From NCBI GenBank assembly GCA_963719315.1, contig CAVRBU010000003.1, positions 96,001 to 160,000 on the forward strand: DNA of 64,000 nt. The letters are read 5' to 3'. Positions 31,834-40,208 of this stretch are shown here, piece by piece. Each line of letters starts with the position of its first letter. The stretch's first letter is position 1. The translations under genes and the position numbers were made by a program. The notes beneath the pieces are model-generated. The model had not been told where the DNA came from, did no database searches, and was given only the letters and a program-made list of their open reading frames with translations. The stretch comes from an uncultured Planctomycetota bacterium. GTDB taxonomy: Bacteria; Planctomycetota; Planctomycetia; Pirellulales; Lacipirellulaceae.

Positions 31834-32028
31834 CTACTCTTCCGACGGCATCACGATCGCCAGGATGATATAGACCAGTGTGCCGGGAAACCCGGCCGAA
31901 AAAATCGACGCGAGCACGTACAAAATCCGCACCGCGGTCGGGTCCCATCCCAGCCACTTCGCGAGCCCACCGCACACGCCGGCTATCATCCGATCGCTCT
32001 TACTGCGCATCAATTGACCCGTAGGCAT
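31834..32028 (-). CDS. PspC-domain protein
   Basis: LMRSKSDRMIAGVCGGLAKWLG..VRI..YIILAIVMP. Confidence 0.88.
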   Translation of the reverse strand: MPTGQLMRSKSDRMIAGVCGGLAKWLGWDPTAVRILYVLASIFSAGFPGTLVYIILAIVMPSEE

Positions 32029-32150
32029 CGTTTTTCTCCTCCATAGACGCGGGCATCCCGGCCCTCGTCACGTATTCGCCGGCCACCTAACAATATTGGT
32101 TGCCGCCCCGCCTGAAAAGTCCTTTGCCCACCCTCAGAAGAGAAGTTGTG

Positions 32151-32179
32151 TGCCACCGCTGGCTTTGCCCAGCAGTGCA
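32151..32179. repeat. REP-like hairpin
   Basis: CACCGCTGG-CTTTGC-CCAGCAGTG. Confidence 0.5.
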
Positions 32180-32279
32180 TCCGCGAAGCCAAACCCTTGC
32201 TCGCCGCCCCTAGCACACCCTCCTTCGCGACTAGATACTATGGATTCTCCCATTCCAAATTACGACCGGAGATCGATCC

Positions 32280-32714
32280 ATGTTACAACGCCGCACTGTG
32301 CTCATCGTCTGCTCGCTAATCGCCACGGCCACCGTCCTCCTCATGAACCAAATCGCACACTCCGACCCTACACCCGCCAAGCAGCGCGTCTTCGAAATCC
32401 GCACGTACACCACTGCGCCCGGCAAGCTGCTTGACTTGCTCAATCGCTTCCGCGACCACACCACGAAGCTCTTCGAGAAGCACGGCATGACCAACATCGG
32501 CTACTGGGTGCCCACGGACGAGCCGCGCTCGAAAAATACGCTGATATACATCCTCGCCCACAATAGTCGAGGCGCCGCCAAACAAAGCTGGAAGGACTTT
32601 CAAGCCGACCCCGACTGGATCAAAGCCCGCGACGCTTCGGAAGCGAACGGCAAGATCGTCACCAAAGTCGAGTCCATCTACGCCGACCCCACCGACTTCT
32701 CGGCCATCAAGTAA
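32280..32714 (+). CDS. NIPSNAP-family protein with signal peptide
   Basis: FEIRTYT..PGK..RFRDHT..LFEKHGM..GYW..WKDFQADPDW. Confidence 0.88.
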   Translation: MLQRRTVLIVCSLIATATVLLMNQIAHSDPTPAKQRVFEIRTYTTAPGKLLDLLNRFRDHTTKLFEKHGMTNIGYWVPTDEPRSKNTLIYILAHNSRGAAKQSWKDFQADPDWIKARDASEANGKIVTKVESIYADPTDFSAIK

Positions 32715-32727
32715 CGGCCGTCTGGTC

Positions 32728-32748
32728 CCCTCTCCCATTGGGAGAGGG
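32728..32748. repeat. REP-like hairpin CCCTCTCCC-ATT-GGGAGAGGG (degenerate relative near 34120-34160)
   Basis: Perfect 9-bp stem. Confidence 0.6.
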
Positions 32749-32820
32749 CTACGAATCAAACTGTACCACTACCCTATCGTCGGTGGTGTCTTGATTTTGC
32801 ACCGTTCGGACCGGAACTAT

Positions 32821-32871
32821 GTAGCACGGACTTCAGTCCGTACGAGAATCACGGACTGAAGTCCGTGCCAC
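32821..32871. repeat. GTAG-type REP doublet (REPIN-like)
   Basis: GTAGCACGGACTTCAGTCCGT-N9-ACGGACTGAAGTCCGTGCCAC. Confidence 0.8.
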
Positions 32872-32918
32872 AGGCTTGTTGTGCAGCAAATTAGGACACT
32901 ACCCGATCCTCACGACGC

Positions 32919-32950
32919 TTGACGCCCGACGGGTAAGATGCTATCTTACT
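32919..32950 (+). promoter_or_regulatory. Sigma70-type promoter with overlapping palindromic operator for vapBC-1
   Basis: TTGACG-17 nt-TATCTT; palindrome GTAAGAT-GCT-ATCTTAC; ATG 6 nt after the -10. Confidence 0.7.
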
Positions 32951-32953
32951 AAT

Positions 32954-33199
32954 ATGAAAACCACCGTCTCCTCGAAGGGCCAGGTCGTACTCCCTGCCGA
33001 ACTGCGCGAGCAAGACCGCATCCGTACCGGCCAACAATTCTCGATCGAGCGCATCGAAGCCGGGGAGTACCTCCTCAAGAAGATGACCATTCCGGAGAAT
33101 GCGGGTCTGACCGATTGGCTACTCGCCTGCCCGGAAAAGGATTGGTTTCAACCTGTGCGTTCCGAGTCGACGGATACGCTCTCCGCGAGCACACTGTGA
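32954..33199 (+). CDS. AbrB/MazE/SpoVT-family antitoxin
   Basis: MKTTVSSKGQVVLPAELRE; GTGA overlap with toxin. Confidence 0.85.
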   Translation: MKTTVSSKGQVVLPAELREQDRIRTGQQFSIERIEAGEYLLKKMTIPENAGLTDWLLACPEKDWFQPVRSESTDTLSASTL

Positions 33200-33609
33200 A
33201 ATACTTGGTAGATGCCAACGTCCTAAGCGAGGCCACCAAGCCAAAGCCCGTGGCGCAAGTCGTCGACTGGCTTCGCCAGCACGATCCGGATCTAGCCGTC
33301 AATCCAATCATTCTGGGTGAACTTGAATGCGGCATCCTACTGCTACCGTCCGGTCGTCGCCGCAAAAGATTACTCGACTGGTTTACCGCCGGTATCCAGC
33401 GTTTGAACGTCATCGAGATCGACGCCGCAACGGCATCGGTTTGGGCCACGCTGCTTGCCGAGCTAAAACGCAAAGGCCGCGCGATGCCGATCAAAGACAG
33501 CCTGATCGCCGCTACCGCCAAACAGCACGGCCTTACAGTCGCGACAAGAAACACGACCGACTTCCCGTACGCCGGTGTCCGCCTTGTGAATCCTTTTAAA
33601 AAGCCGTAG
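33196..33609 (+). CDS. vapC: VapC PIN-domain toxin
   Basis: YLVDANVLSE, GELECG, DSLIAATA, VATRNTTDF. Confidence 0.9.
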   Translation: MKYLVDANVLSEATKPKPVAQVVDWLRQHDPDLAVNPIILGELECGILLLPSGRRRKRLLDWFTAGIQRLNVIEIDAATASVWATLLAELKRKGRAMPIKDSLIAATAKQHGLTVATRNTTDFPYAGVRLVNPFKKP

Positions 33610-33624
33610 GGTGTGGCAAGTACG

Positions 33625-33656
33625 GTAGGGTGTGTCGAACTCTGCGAGACACACCT
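33625..33656. repeat. GTAG-type REP hairpin
   Basis: GTAGGGTGTGTC...GACACACC, preceded by a partial GTAGGGTGTG. Confidence 0.55.
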
Positions 33657-33717
33657 TCACGGTTGACCGTGTGCCTTGCAGCCTCGGCATACTCCACAAC
33701 TTCGCTCGAAAACCACC

Positions 33718-34101
33718 ATGCTCTGGACCCGACGCCTCTTCTGGATCGCCGGTATCTACGGCCTACTCGTTTTGCTGCCGCAATACTTCATGGAGCGGCG
33801 CATCGGAATCGACCACCCGCCCGACATCACGCACCCCGAGTACTTCTACGGCTTCGTCGGCGTGGCGCTCGCCTGGCAAGTTGCGTTTCTCATCATCGCC
33901 ACCGACCCCTCGCGTTATCGCCCCCTGATCATTCCTGCGGTGATCGAAAAATTCACCTTCGCCGGCGCCGCCGCAATCCTGCTGATCCAAGGCCGCGTCC
34001 CCAAACTGGTCGGCGCCTTCGCCGCGATCGATTTTGTGCTCGGTGTGTTATTCGTCATCGCGTTCATGCGATTGGGCCAACTGACGCGTGACATCGAATA
34101 A
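33718..34101 (+). CDS. Conserved 4-TM hypothetical membrane protein
   Basis: AGIYG, HPEYFYGF, DPSRYRP, IEK motifs. Confidence 0.7.
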   Translation: MLWTRRLFWIAGIYGLLVLLPQYFMERRIGIDHPPDITHPEYFYGFVGVALAWQVAFLIIATDPSRYRPLIIPAVIEKFTFAGAAAILLIQGRVPKLVGAFAAIDFVLGVLFVIAFMRLGQLTRDIE

Positions 34102-34190
34102 CGCGCCTCCCGCCTCCAATCCCCACTCCCTGCGGAAGAGGGTTAGGCTGAGGGCGAGGGTGCCAAGGCCCAACGGGGCGTCAGAAACAA

Positions 34191-34640
34191 TCAATCCCAA
34201 ATGTACCGTTCACCCCACTCCAGATCGTGCCGCCGCAAAAACTCTCGAAACTCTTCCTGAAACGAAACCTTGCAATGATGCGCTTCCTGATTCGCAAGGT
34301 ACAATTTCACCTGTTCTAGATTCGAATAGCTCACGGCAAACGCCCCATATCCGTCCTGCCATTGAAACGCGCGGTCACCAATCTCGTCATGTATCCACGC
34401 CGATGAGTTCGATTTAACGATGCGCACAGCCTCGGCCACCGCGATTGTGCGGCCCAAGGACACCAACAGATGAACGTGGTCCGGCATCCCACCGGCCGCG
34501 ACCAACCGGCTGGAATGGTTCCGCAGAATCCCGCCAACATATTCGTACAAGCGCGGTTTACATTCGCGCGAAATCTGCGGCTTCCGGTGCTTCGTGCTAA
34601 ACACAATGTGACAATGCAATGAGCCAAACGATTGCGGCAT
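34191..34640 (-). CDS. Y1/HUH transposase (IS200 TnpA / REP-associated type), copy 1
   Basis: HIVFSTKHR, PDHVHLL (HUH), WQDGYGAF, YLANQ (catalytic Tyr). Confidence 0.88.
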   Translation of the reverse strand: MPQSFGSLHCHIVFSTKHRKPQISRECKPRLYEYVGGILRNHSSRLVAAGGMPDHVHLLVSLGRTIAVAEAVRIVKSNSSAWIHDEIGDRAFQWQDGYGAFAVSYSNLEQVKLYLANQEAHHCKVSFQEEFREFLRRHDLEWGERYIWD

Positions 34641-34663
34641 GGTGAATCTCCACGACACGCGCG

Positions 34664-34901
34664 ACTGTCGCCCCGTTGGGGCTTTGCAAACCACCCTACC
34701 AAAAATACCAGGGGCTCACGCCCCTGGCTATTAACATTGGCCCCTTTGGGGCCGGATACATGGCACTGGGGCTAGATACTGCATACAAATGTCCGTCGTT
34801 CGCGCCGTCCTTCGCCCCAAAGGGGCGACCGTCAATAGCCAGGGGCGTGAGCCCCTGGTACCGGTTTCGACATCACCCAAAAGCCCCACCGGGGCGACAG
34901 T
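34664..34901. repeat. Inverted pair of three-hairpin REP units upstream of Y1 transposase 1
   Basis: ACTGTCGCCCCGTTGGGGCTTT / TACCAGGGGCTCACGCCCCTGGCTATT / GCCCCTTTGGGGC, inverted at 34814-34901. Confidence 0.85.
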
Positions 34902-35059
34902 AGTCCGCCAATACCAAATCGCCATTGCAAATCCCACCACCACCACCACATCAAAACAACGCGCACTCATCCTCATCCCATTCACGCCGCAACCAGGGGA
35001 GCGGATCATGGCGAAGCGGTTTTACCTCGCATCATTACGCCGTCGGAGTTGCACCGCAC

Positions 35060-35088
35060 TTGACAAGCCATATATATGGGTTTATGGT
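35060..35088 (+). promoter_or_regulatory. Sigma70-type promoter with palindromic operator for vapBC-2
   Basis: TTGACA-17 nt-TATGGT; CCATATATATGG in spacer; ATG 6 nt after the -10. Confidence 0.72.
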
Positions 35089-35094
35089 TGTGGT

Positions 35095-35358
35095 ATGAAA
35101 ACCACGGTCGAAATCCCTGATCTGCTCTACCGCGAAATCAAGGCCCGAGCCGCGCTCAAGGGGCAGTCCATCAAGGACTTTCTGGTCGAAGCCGTTCGCG
35201 CGAAGTTAACGCACGACAAAGCCAAGCCGAATTCCAAGCGGAAGCAAAAAACCGGCTGGGAGGCTGCGTTCGGTGCCGCCGACCCGAAGGACGTGGCAGA
35301 TGTCCAGCGGATCATCGACGAGGAATTCTCGAAAATCGATCCGGATGACTGGAAGTGA
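35095..35358 (+). CDS. Ribbon-helix-helix antitoxin
   Basis: MKTTVEIPDLLYREIKARAALKGQSIKDFL; GTGA overlap with toxin. Confidence 0.85.
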   Translation: MKTTVEIPDLLYREIKARAALKGQSIKDFLVEAVRAKLTHDKAKPNSKRKQKTGWEAAFGAADPKDVADVQRIIDEEFSKIDPDDWK

Positions 35359-35732
35359 TTCTAGATACCAACGCGGTGTCGGCCATTCTGGCCGGCGATA
35401 AGCGAATCCAAGCTCACTTGCCTGCGGGGGAACGGCAACACCTGCCGGTCGTTGTCATTGGCGAGTATCAATTTGGCATGCTCGGTTCAAAACGCCGCAA
35501 GAAGTTAGAACTGGGCTTCGAACGCCTGGAATCGCAATCCATCGTTCTGCCTTCCGATCGAGAAACCGCCGACATGTATTCCGCGATTCGTCATGGCCTC
35601 AAACTGCGCGGGCGGCCAATTCCAGAGGTAGACCTTTGGATCGCCGCTCTCGCCCGGCAGCACTCGCTGGAAATCGTCAGCCGAGATCCCCACTTCGACC
35701 ATGTCGAAGGCGTCCGACGGATCAGTTGGTAG
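35355..35732 (+). CDS. vapC: VapC PIN-domain toxin
   Basis: ILDTNAVSA, VIGEY, DLWIAALA, SRDPHFD. Confidence 0.9.
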   Translation: MILDTNAVSAILAGDKRIQAHLPAGERQHLPVVVIGEYQFGMLGSKRRKKLELGFERLESQSIVLPSDRETADMYSAIRHGLKLRGRPIPEVDLWIAALARQHSLEIVSRDPHFDHVEGVRRISW

Positions 35733-35940
35733 CCGCGCTCAATCGAAGCAACGGCTCTCCCCAATAGCGGTCACGCGCCTTCGCAGGCGCGGCGAAGCCA
35801 AAATGAGTGTCAAGCCGCCAGTTTTGGGCCACGCGCCTCGAAAACTTTTCTGTTGAATTTGTGCCACCGTTTCGGCTATACCTGAGCGGTACTATACGGA
35901 CGAACAGGCAGCCACAAGACGTTCCAAGAAGTCACAGGAA

Positions 35941-35967
35941 TTCCCCACTCCCCACTCCCCACTCCCT
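35941..35967. repeat. CCCCACT heptamer tandem repeat
   Basis: TTCCCCACTCCCCACTCCCCACTCCC. Confidence 0.7.
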
Positions 35968-35969
35968 CC

Positions 35970-36557
35970 ATGCTCCCCGTACCTAGCCCCAACCGCCGTC
36001 TCGGTCGTCCCCGTGTTCTCGACGAACCTAAACGCCGCCAAGTCTGCACGCTCGTTTCCGTTGGCTTCGGTCTCGACGGCGCAGCCCGCTACGTCGGCTG
36101 TGCGCCGAGCACGATCCGCCGCGAAGCGCGGCGAAACGCGGAATTCCGCGAGCAGCTTCGTTGCGCCGACCTGGCCTGCGAACTGGGGCCGCTCAATGCC
36201 GTTCGCCAGGCCGCTCACACGAATTGGCGGGCCGGAATCTGGTACCTCGAACGCATGAACCCCCAGAAGTTCGGCAAGCGAAACGTGCGTTACATCACGC
36301 CCGAACAGTTGGAGGCATTTATGGAACAAATGGTCACGGCCGTCATGGGCGACAACCAGGACGAGGCCGCCTGCCGCCGCGCGATCCGGAAGCTGGAAAC
36401 CTTCATCGCCCAGATCAACCGCCAATCCGACGCCGGCCGCGATTCCATCCCCCGCCCGCGCCGCACGCGCAAACGAAAACTAACGCCGGTCGACATTTCC
36501 AAGCCAATCGCTTCTGTGGGAGGCGACTCCGATGCCGATGAACGACATGCACGATAA
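35970..36557 (+). CDS. HTH protein resembling small terminase subunits
   Basis: GRPRVLD, AARYVGCAPSTI HTH, WRAGIWYLERMNPQKFGKR. Confidence 0.55.
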   Translation: MLPVPSPNRRLGRPRVLDEPKRRQVCTLVSVGFGLDGAARYVGCAPSTIRREARRNAEFREQLRCADLACELGPLNAVRQAAHTNWRAGIWYLERMNPQKFGKRNVRYITPEQLEAFMEQMVTAVMGDNQDEAACRRAIRKLETFIAQINRQSDAGRDSIPRPRRTRKRKLTPVDISKPIASVGGDSDADERHAR

Positions 36558-36567
36558 GCGGGTGGAT

Positions 36568-36768
36568 GAACGACCCCTTCAGGGTCGCGTTGGTGACGAA
36601 TCGGGAACCGGGAACCCAGGGTTTCACCCTGGGCTGACGGAATCGGCCTTTCAGGCCGGAGGGGCCGAGCGTTCGTAGAGCCTGAAAGGCTCATTCGGAC
36701 AGCCCAGGCCGAAGGCCTGGGGAGGGAGAGATGTCGCGAGAAATCCGTCGGCCCTGAAGGGGCCGTTC
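36568..36768. repeat. Inverted pair of three-hairpin REP units downstream of Y1 transposase 2
   Basis: GAACGACCCCTTCAGGGTCG / CCCAGGGTTTCACCCTGGGCTG / GGCCTTTCAGGCC and inverted counterpart ending GGCCCTGAAGGGGCCGTTC. Confidence 0.82.
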
Positions 36769-36776
36769 ATTTCGAT

Positions 36777-37229
36777 TCAATCCCAAACGTATCGCTCGTC
36801 CCATTCGATTTCGTACCTTCGCAGCCAATCGCGCAATTCGTCCTGGAACGATTGCAGTGCGTGATGATGGGGCTGGCGGCGAATGTATTCGCGGACCGCT
36901 TCGACGTTCGATTGACTCACCGAAAACGCAGCATACCCAGCCTGCCAATGAAATTCCGCGGGCAATCGCCGAGTCTGGTTCACCCACAACGACGAAGTCG
37001 ATTTGATTTTCCCGACCGCGTCGGCGATCGAGATGGTCCGCCCCAACTGAAAGAGCATATGGACGTGATCCGCCACGCCGCCAACGATCAACGATTGGCA
37101 CCCGAGATTGTTCGCGGTGCCGCCCAGGACATGAAACAAGTCGTCGCGCCATTCGCTGGGCAGCACGGACTCGCGGTTCTTCGTCGAAAAGATGACGTGC
37201 AGATAGACCTTCGCCAGTGATTGGGGCAT
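36777..37229 (-). CDS. Y1/HUH transposase (IS200 TnpA / REP-associated type), copy 2
   Basis: HVIFSTKNR, ADHVHML, WQAGYAAF, YIRRQ, ERYVWD. Confidence 0.88.
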   Translation of the reverse strand: MPQSLAKVYLHVIFSTKNRESVLPSEWRDDLFHVLGGTANNLGCQSLIVGGVADHVHMLFQLGRTISIADAVGKIKSTSSLWVNQTRRLPAEFHWQAGYAAFSVSQSNVEAVREYIRRQPHHHALQSFQDELRDWLRRYEIEWDERYVWD

Positions 37230-37269
37230 GGTGATTTACTACACGAAGATAAGCAAACAACGCGCGAAA

Positions 37270-37732
37270 TTATTTTCTCGCCAAGAAAACAATCAACCCG
37301 AGCCCCACACCAACCAGCGTCGTGGCGATGAGCAGCGTGCGGAGGCTGAAGCGCCACCGGAACCAAGGCGCGGCGGCAAGTGAAGCAAAGACAAACACCG
37401 CGAACCACGTTGGACATTGAATTCGGAATTCGCCCGGACTGGTTTCCCATCCAAATCCAAATTGCTGTGCGACGGGTCTGGACGGAGCAGACAGATACCC
37501 CCAACCATTCTTGAGTTCAGGAGGAATTGGCTTCGTGACCGATTCAATGACCCTCCCAAGAACGAGCCCCGTGATTAGAACTGGCTCCAACAACAGTCGC
37601 TTTGGATGCCGATCGATTGCTTACACCTATCATGTCTGCAACCGAATAACTCCGCACCCACAACACACACAGCAGCACGGCCAACACGCCCCACACCACC
37701 GACCACGCGATTCGCAGTTTGCGGAATCTCAT
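37270..37732 (-). CDS. Planctomycete-type membrane hypothetical protein (frameshift near 37590)
   Basis: MRFRKLRIAWSV..LCVLWVRSY and WFRWRFSLRTLLIATTL in different frames. Confidence 0.65.
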
Positions 37733-38026
37733 ACGCCCAATGATACCACGCCACACGCCCGACAAACCGTGCCGAAACCATGCCAAGAACGTGCCAGTTA
37801 AGAAGCAAACTACCCGACTTTTGCACGTCCCGAACCGTTCGACACACCATGATTCACGGCATTTACTTCACCAGGCACCGAGCGAAACAATCGACTTTTG
37901 CACGCGAAAAAAAATTTCACGCGCAAACAGCAACCATTCGCTCCACGCAACCCGAATCGCAGCACCAACTTCCGCAATGCCCCGTTTTCATTCTGCAAAA
38001 CCCCCTCGCGCAAAACTCAAGCAATT

Positions 38027-38110
38027 TACCACGGATAACTCGGATACCACGGATAAGCGATGAGCGACTCCGCCTTGTGTTTTTACTATCCGCGATCCGT
38101 GTGATCCGTG
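38027..38110. repeat. Palindromic CACGGAT/ATCCGTG nonamer-type repeat element
   Basis: ACCACGGATAACTCGGATACCACGGAT ... ATCCGCGATCCGTGTGATCCGTG. Confidence 0.65.
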
Positions 38111-38631
38111 AAATTTCGAAAAAAGGTGGGAAAACACGGACGAACGTGCGCCGTCTCCTATCGCCGCTACCCCAAGCTGGGCGTGGTCTGCGACACGACG
38201 AGTCATTTCTGCCTGGCGGCCCGGGCTAGCCAGGGACCGCGGCCCGACTTCGGCGATTTCCGCCCGCTCGTCGTCGAAGCGCAGGCTCGCACCGGAGTGA
38301 AGGCGGTCGCGGCGGACGCCGGCTTCGACAGCGAAGCCAACCACGTGTTGGCCCGCGACGAACTGGGGATTCAGTCCCTGATCCCCGCCGAGCACGGCCG
38401 ACCGCCGGCCGGGGAACCCGTGGGCCGCTATCGAAAGCAGATGAAACGTCATTTGCACGAAAGTCGTTATGGACAACGTTGGCAGGTGGAAACCGTCTAC
38501 TCGATGATCAAACGTCTCTCGGGAGAAGTCGTCAACGCCCGCACCCACTGGCGCCGCTGCCGACTCCTGCTCCTCAAAACACTCACTCACAACATCTCGA
38601 TTCTCAGACAACACCTAGGTTTTCTACTGAG
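38108..38631 (+). pseudogene. 5'-truncated IS5/IS4-like DDE transposase remnant
   Basis: AADAGFDSE, YGQRWQVETVYSMIKR; no start or first Asp; putative end GGTTTCTACTGAGC. Confidence 0.75.
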
Positions 38632-38726
38632 CACGTGGTTGTCCTTTTCCCGCCGAAAAGTTGCTCGTTTTTCAATTTGCCGGTCCCATGCTTGAACGAC
38701 TGCCATACGCTCTGCAACAATACAGC

Positions 38727-40208
38727 ATGAACGACGACCCCTCCAAACTCATCGCCACTGCTCTCACGTTCGACGACGTCCTCATCGCCCCGCGCTATAG
38801 CTCGGTGGTCCCCTCGGAGGTCGACGTCCAAACCCGCCTCACGGCGCGGATCGAGATGAACGTCCCGATCCTCAGCTCGCCGATGGACACCGTCACGGAA
38901 GCCGCGATGGCCATCGCCCTGGCCCAAGAAGGCGGCCTCGGTGTCATTCACAAGAACATGTCGATCGAGCGCCAGACCGCCGAGGTCGAAAAGGTGAAGC
39001 GCTCGGCCAACGGCATCATCGTCGACCCGGTCACGCTCCCGCCGGACGCTAGCGTCGCCAGCGCCCACGAAATGATGCAGCGCTCCAAAGTCAGCGGCAT
39101 CCCGATCGTGAAAGAGGGCCAGCTCGTCGGCATCATCACCCGCCGCGACCTGCGTTTCCTGGAGCATAACGACGTTCCCATCAGCGAAGTCATGACCAAG
39201 GAACACCTCGTGACAGCACGCGGGACCGTGACGCTTGAGCAGGCTGAGAAGATTTTGATGGCAAAAAAGGTCGAGAAGCTGTTGCTGCTGGACGAAAATA
39301 ACAGACTGACCGGACTGATTACGATCAAAGACATCGACATGATGCGCCGCTTCCCGCAAGCAGCCAAAGACCGTCAAGGTCGGCTGCGGGTCGGAGCGGC
39401 CGTCGGAGTCTTCGATTACGATCGGATCGGCAGCCTGATCGACAAAGGTGTCGATTTCCTCGTCGTTGATAGCGCCCACGGCCACTCGGCCAACGTGATC
39501 GAAACGGTCCGCGAAGTGAAGCGGCGGTGGGATATCGATGTCGTGGCCGGCAACGTGGCGACGCGCGACGGAGCGCGCGACCTCGCCGAGGCCGGGGCCG
39601 ACGCTGTGAAAGTGGGCATCGGGCCGGGATCGATCTGCACGACGCGGGTCATCTCCGGCGTTGGTGTGCCGCAAGTGACCGCGATTTACGAGGCCGCTCA
39701 GGCGGTTGAGGGATCGCCCACGAAACTCATCGCCGACGGAGGCATTCGCTACTCGGGAGACATCACCAAAGCACTCGCCGCCGGGGCTCACGCCGTGATG
39801 ATCGGCGGACTCTTGGCGGGCCTCGACGAAAGCCCCGGCGAACGCGTGCTGTTTCAGGGAAGAACGTACAAGGCCTATCGCGGCATGGGCTCGCTCGGCG
39901 CGATGGTCCACGGCTCGAGCGAACGCTACCGACAACGAGGGGCCGAAACGAACAAAGGAAAACTGGTGCCGGAGGGCGTCGAAGGACGCGTTCCGTACAA
40001 AGGCGGGCTCAGCCCGTTTTTGTACCAGCTCGTCGGCGGCCTGCGGGCCGGCATGGGCTACTGCGGCGCCAAAACGATCGATGAACTACGCACGGAAGCC
40101 CGATTCATCCAAATCACCGCGGCCAGTGTGCGGGAGAACCATCCCCATGATATCGCCATCACGCAAGAAGCGCCCAACTACACCGCTGAATTCTCAGACG
40201 ATGATTAG
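38727..40208 (+). CDS. guaB: IMP dehydrogenase
   Basis: [18 protein letters not shown] pair, [26 protein letters not shown]. Confidence 0.97.
   Translation: MNDDPSKLIATALTFDDVLIAPRYSSVVPSEVDVQTRLTARIEMNVPILSSPMDTVTEAAMAIALAQEGGLGVIHKNMSIERQTAEVEKVKRSANGIIVDPVTLPPDASVASAHEMMQRSKVSGIPIVKEGQLVGIITRRDLRFLEHNDVPISEVMTKEHLVTARGTVTLEQAEKILMAKKVEKLLLLDENNRLTGLITIKDIDMMRRFPQAAKDRQGRLRVGAAVGVFDYDRIGSLIDKGVDFLVVDSAHGHSANVIETVREVKRRWDIDVVAGNVATRDGARDLAEAGADAVKVGIGPGSICTTRVISGVGVPQVTAIYEAAQAVEGSPTKLIADGGIRYSGDITKALAAGAHAVMIGGLLAGLDESPGERVLFQGRTYKAYRGMGSLGAMVHGSSERYRQRGAETNKGKLVPEGVEGRVPYKGGLSPFLYQLVGGLRAGMGYCGAKTIDELRTEARFIQITAASVRENHPHDIAITQEAPNYTAEFSDDD

Noticed and set aside
35970..36557. Prophage
   Set aside because: No integrase, structural or lysis genes nearby.
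32728..36768. CRISPR array or integron attC array
   Set aside because: Repeats are heterogeneous inverted hairpins without constant repeat-spacer period; no cas or intI gene and no consistent RYYYAAC/GTTRRRY ends seen.
34191..37229. IS605/TnpB or IscB RNA-guided element
   Set aside because: No RuvC/zinc-finger ORF lies next to either Y1 transposase.
37783..37798. Sigma54 promoter on the minus strand (TGGCACGTTCTTGGC)
   Set aside because: The -12 element deviates from TTGC and there is no supporting context.
38604..39935. Long antisense ORFs (also 53066-54487, 25884-27026, 434-1237)
   Set aside because: Expected stop-poor shadows of real genes in high-GC DNA; no motifs.
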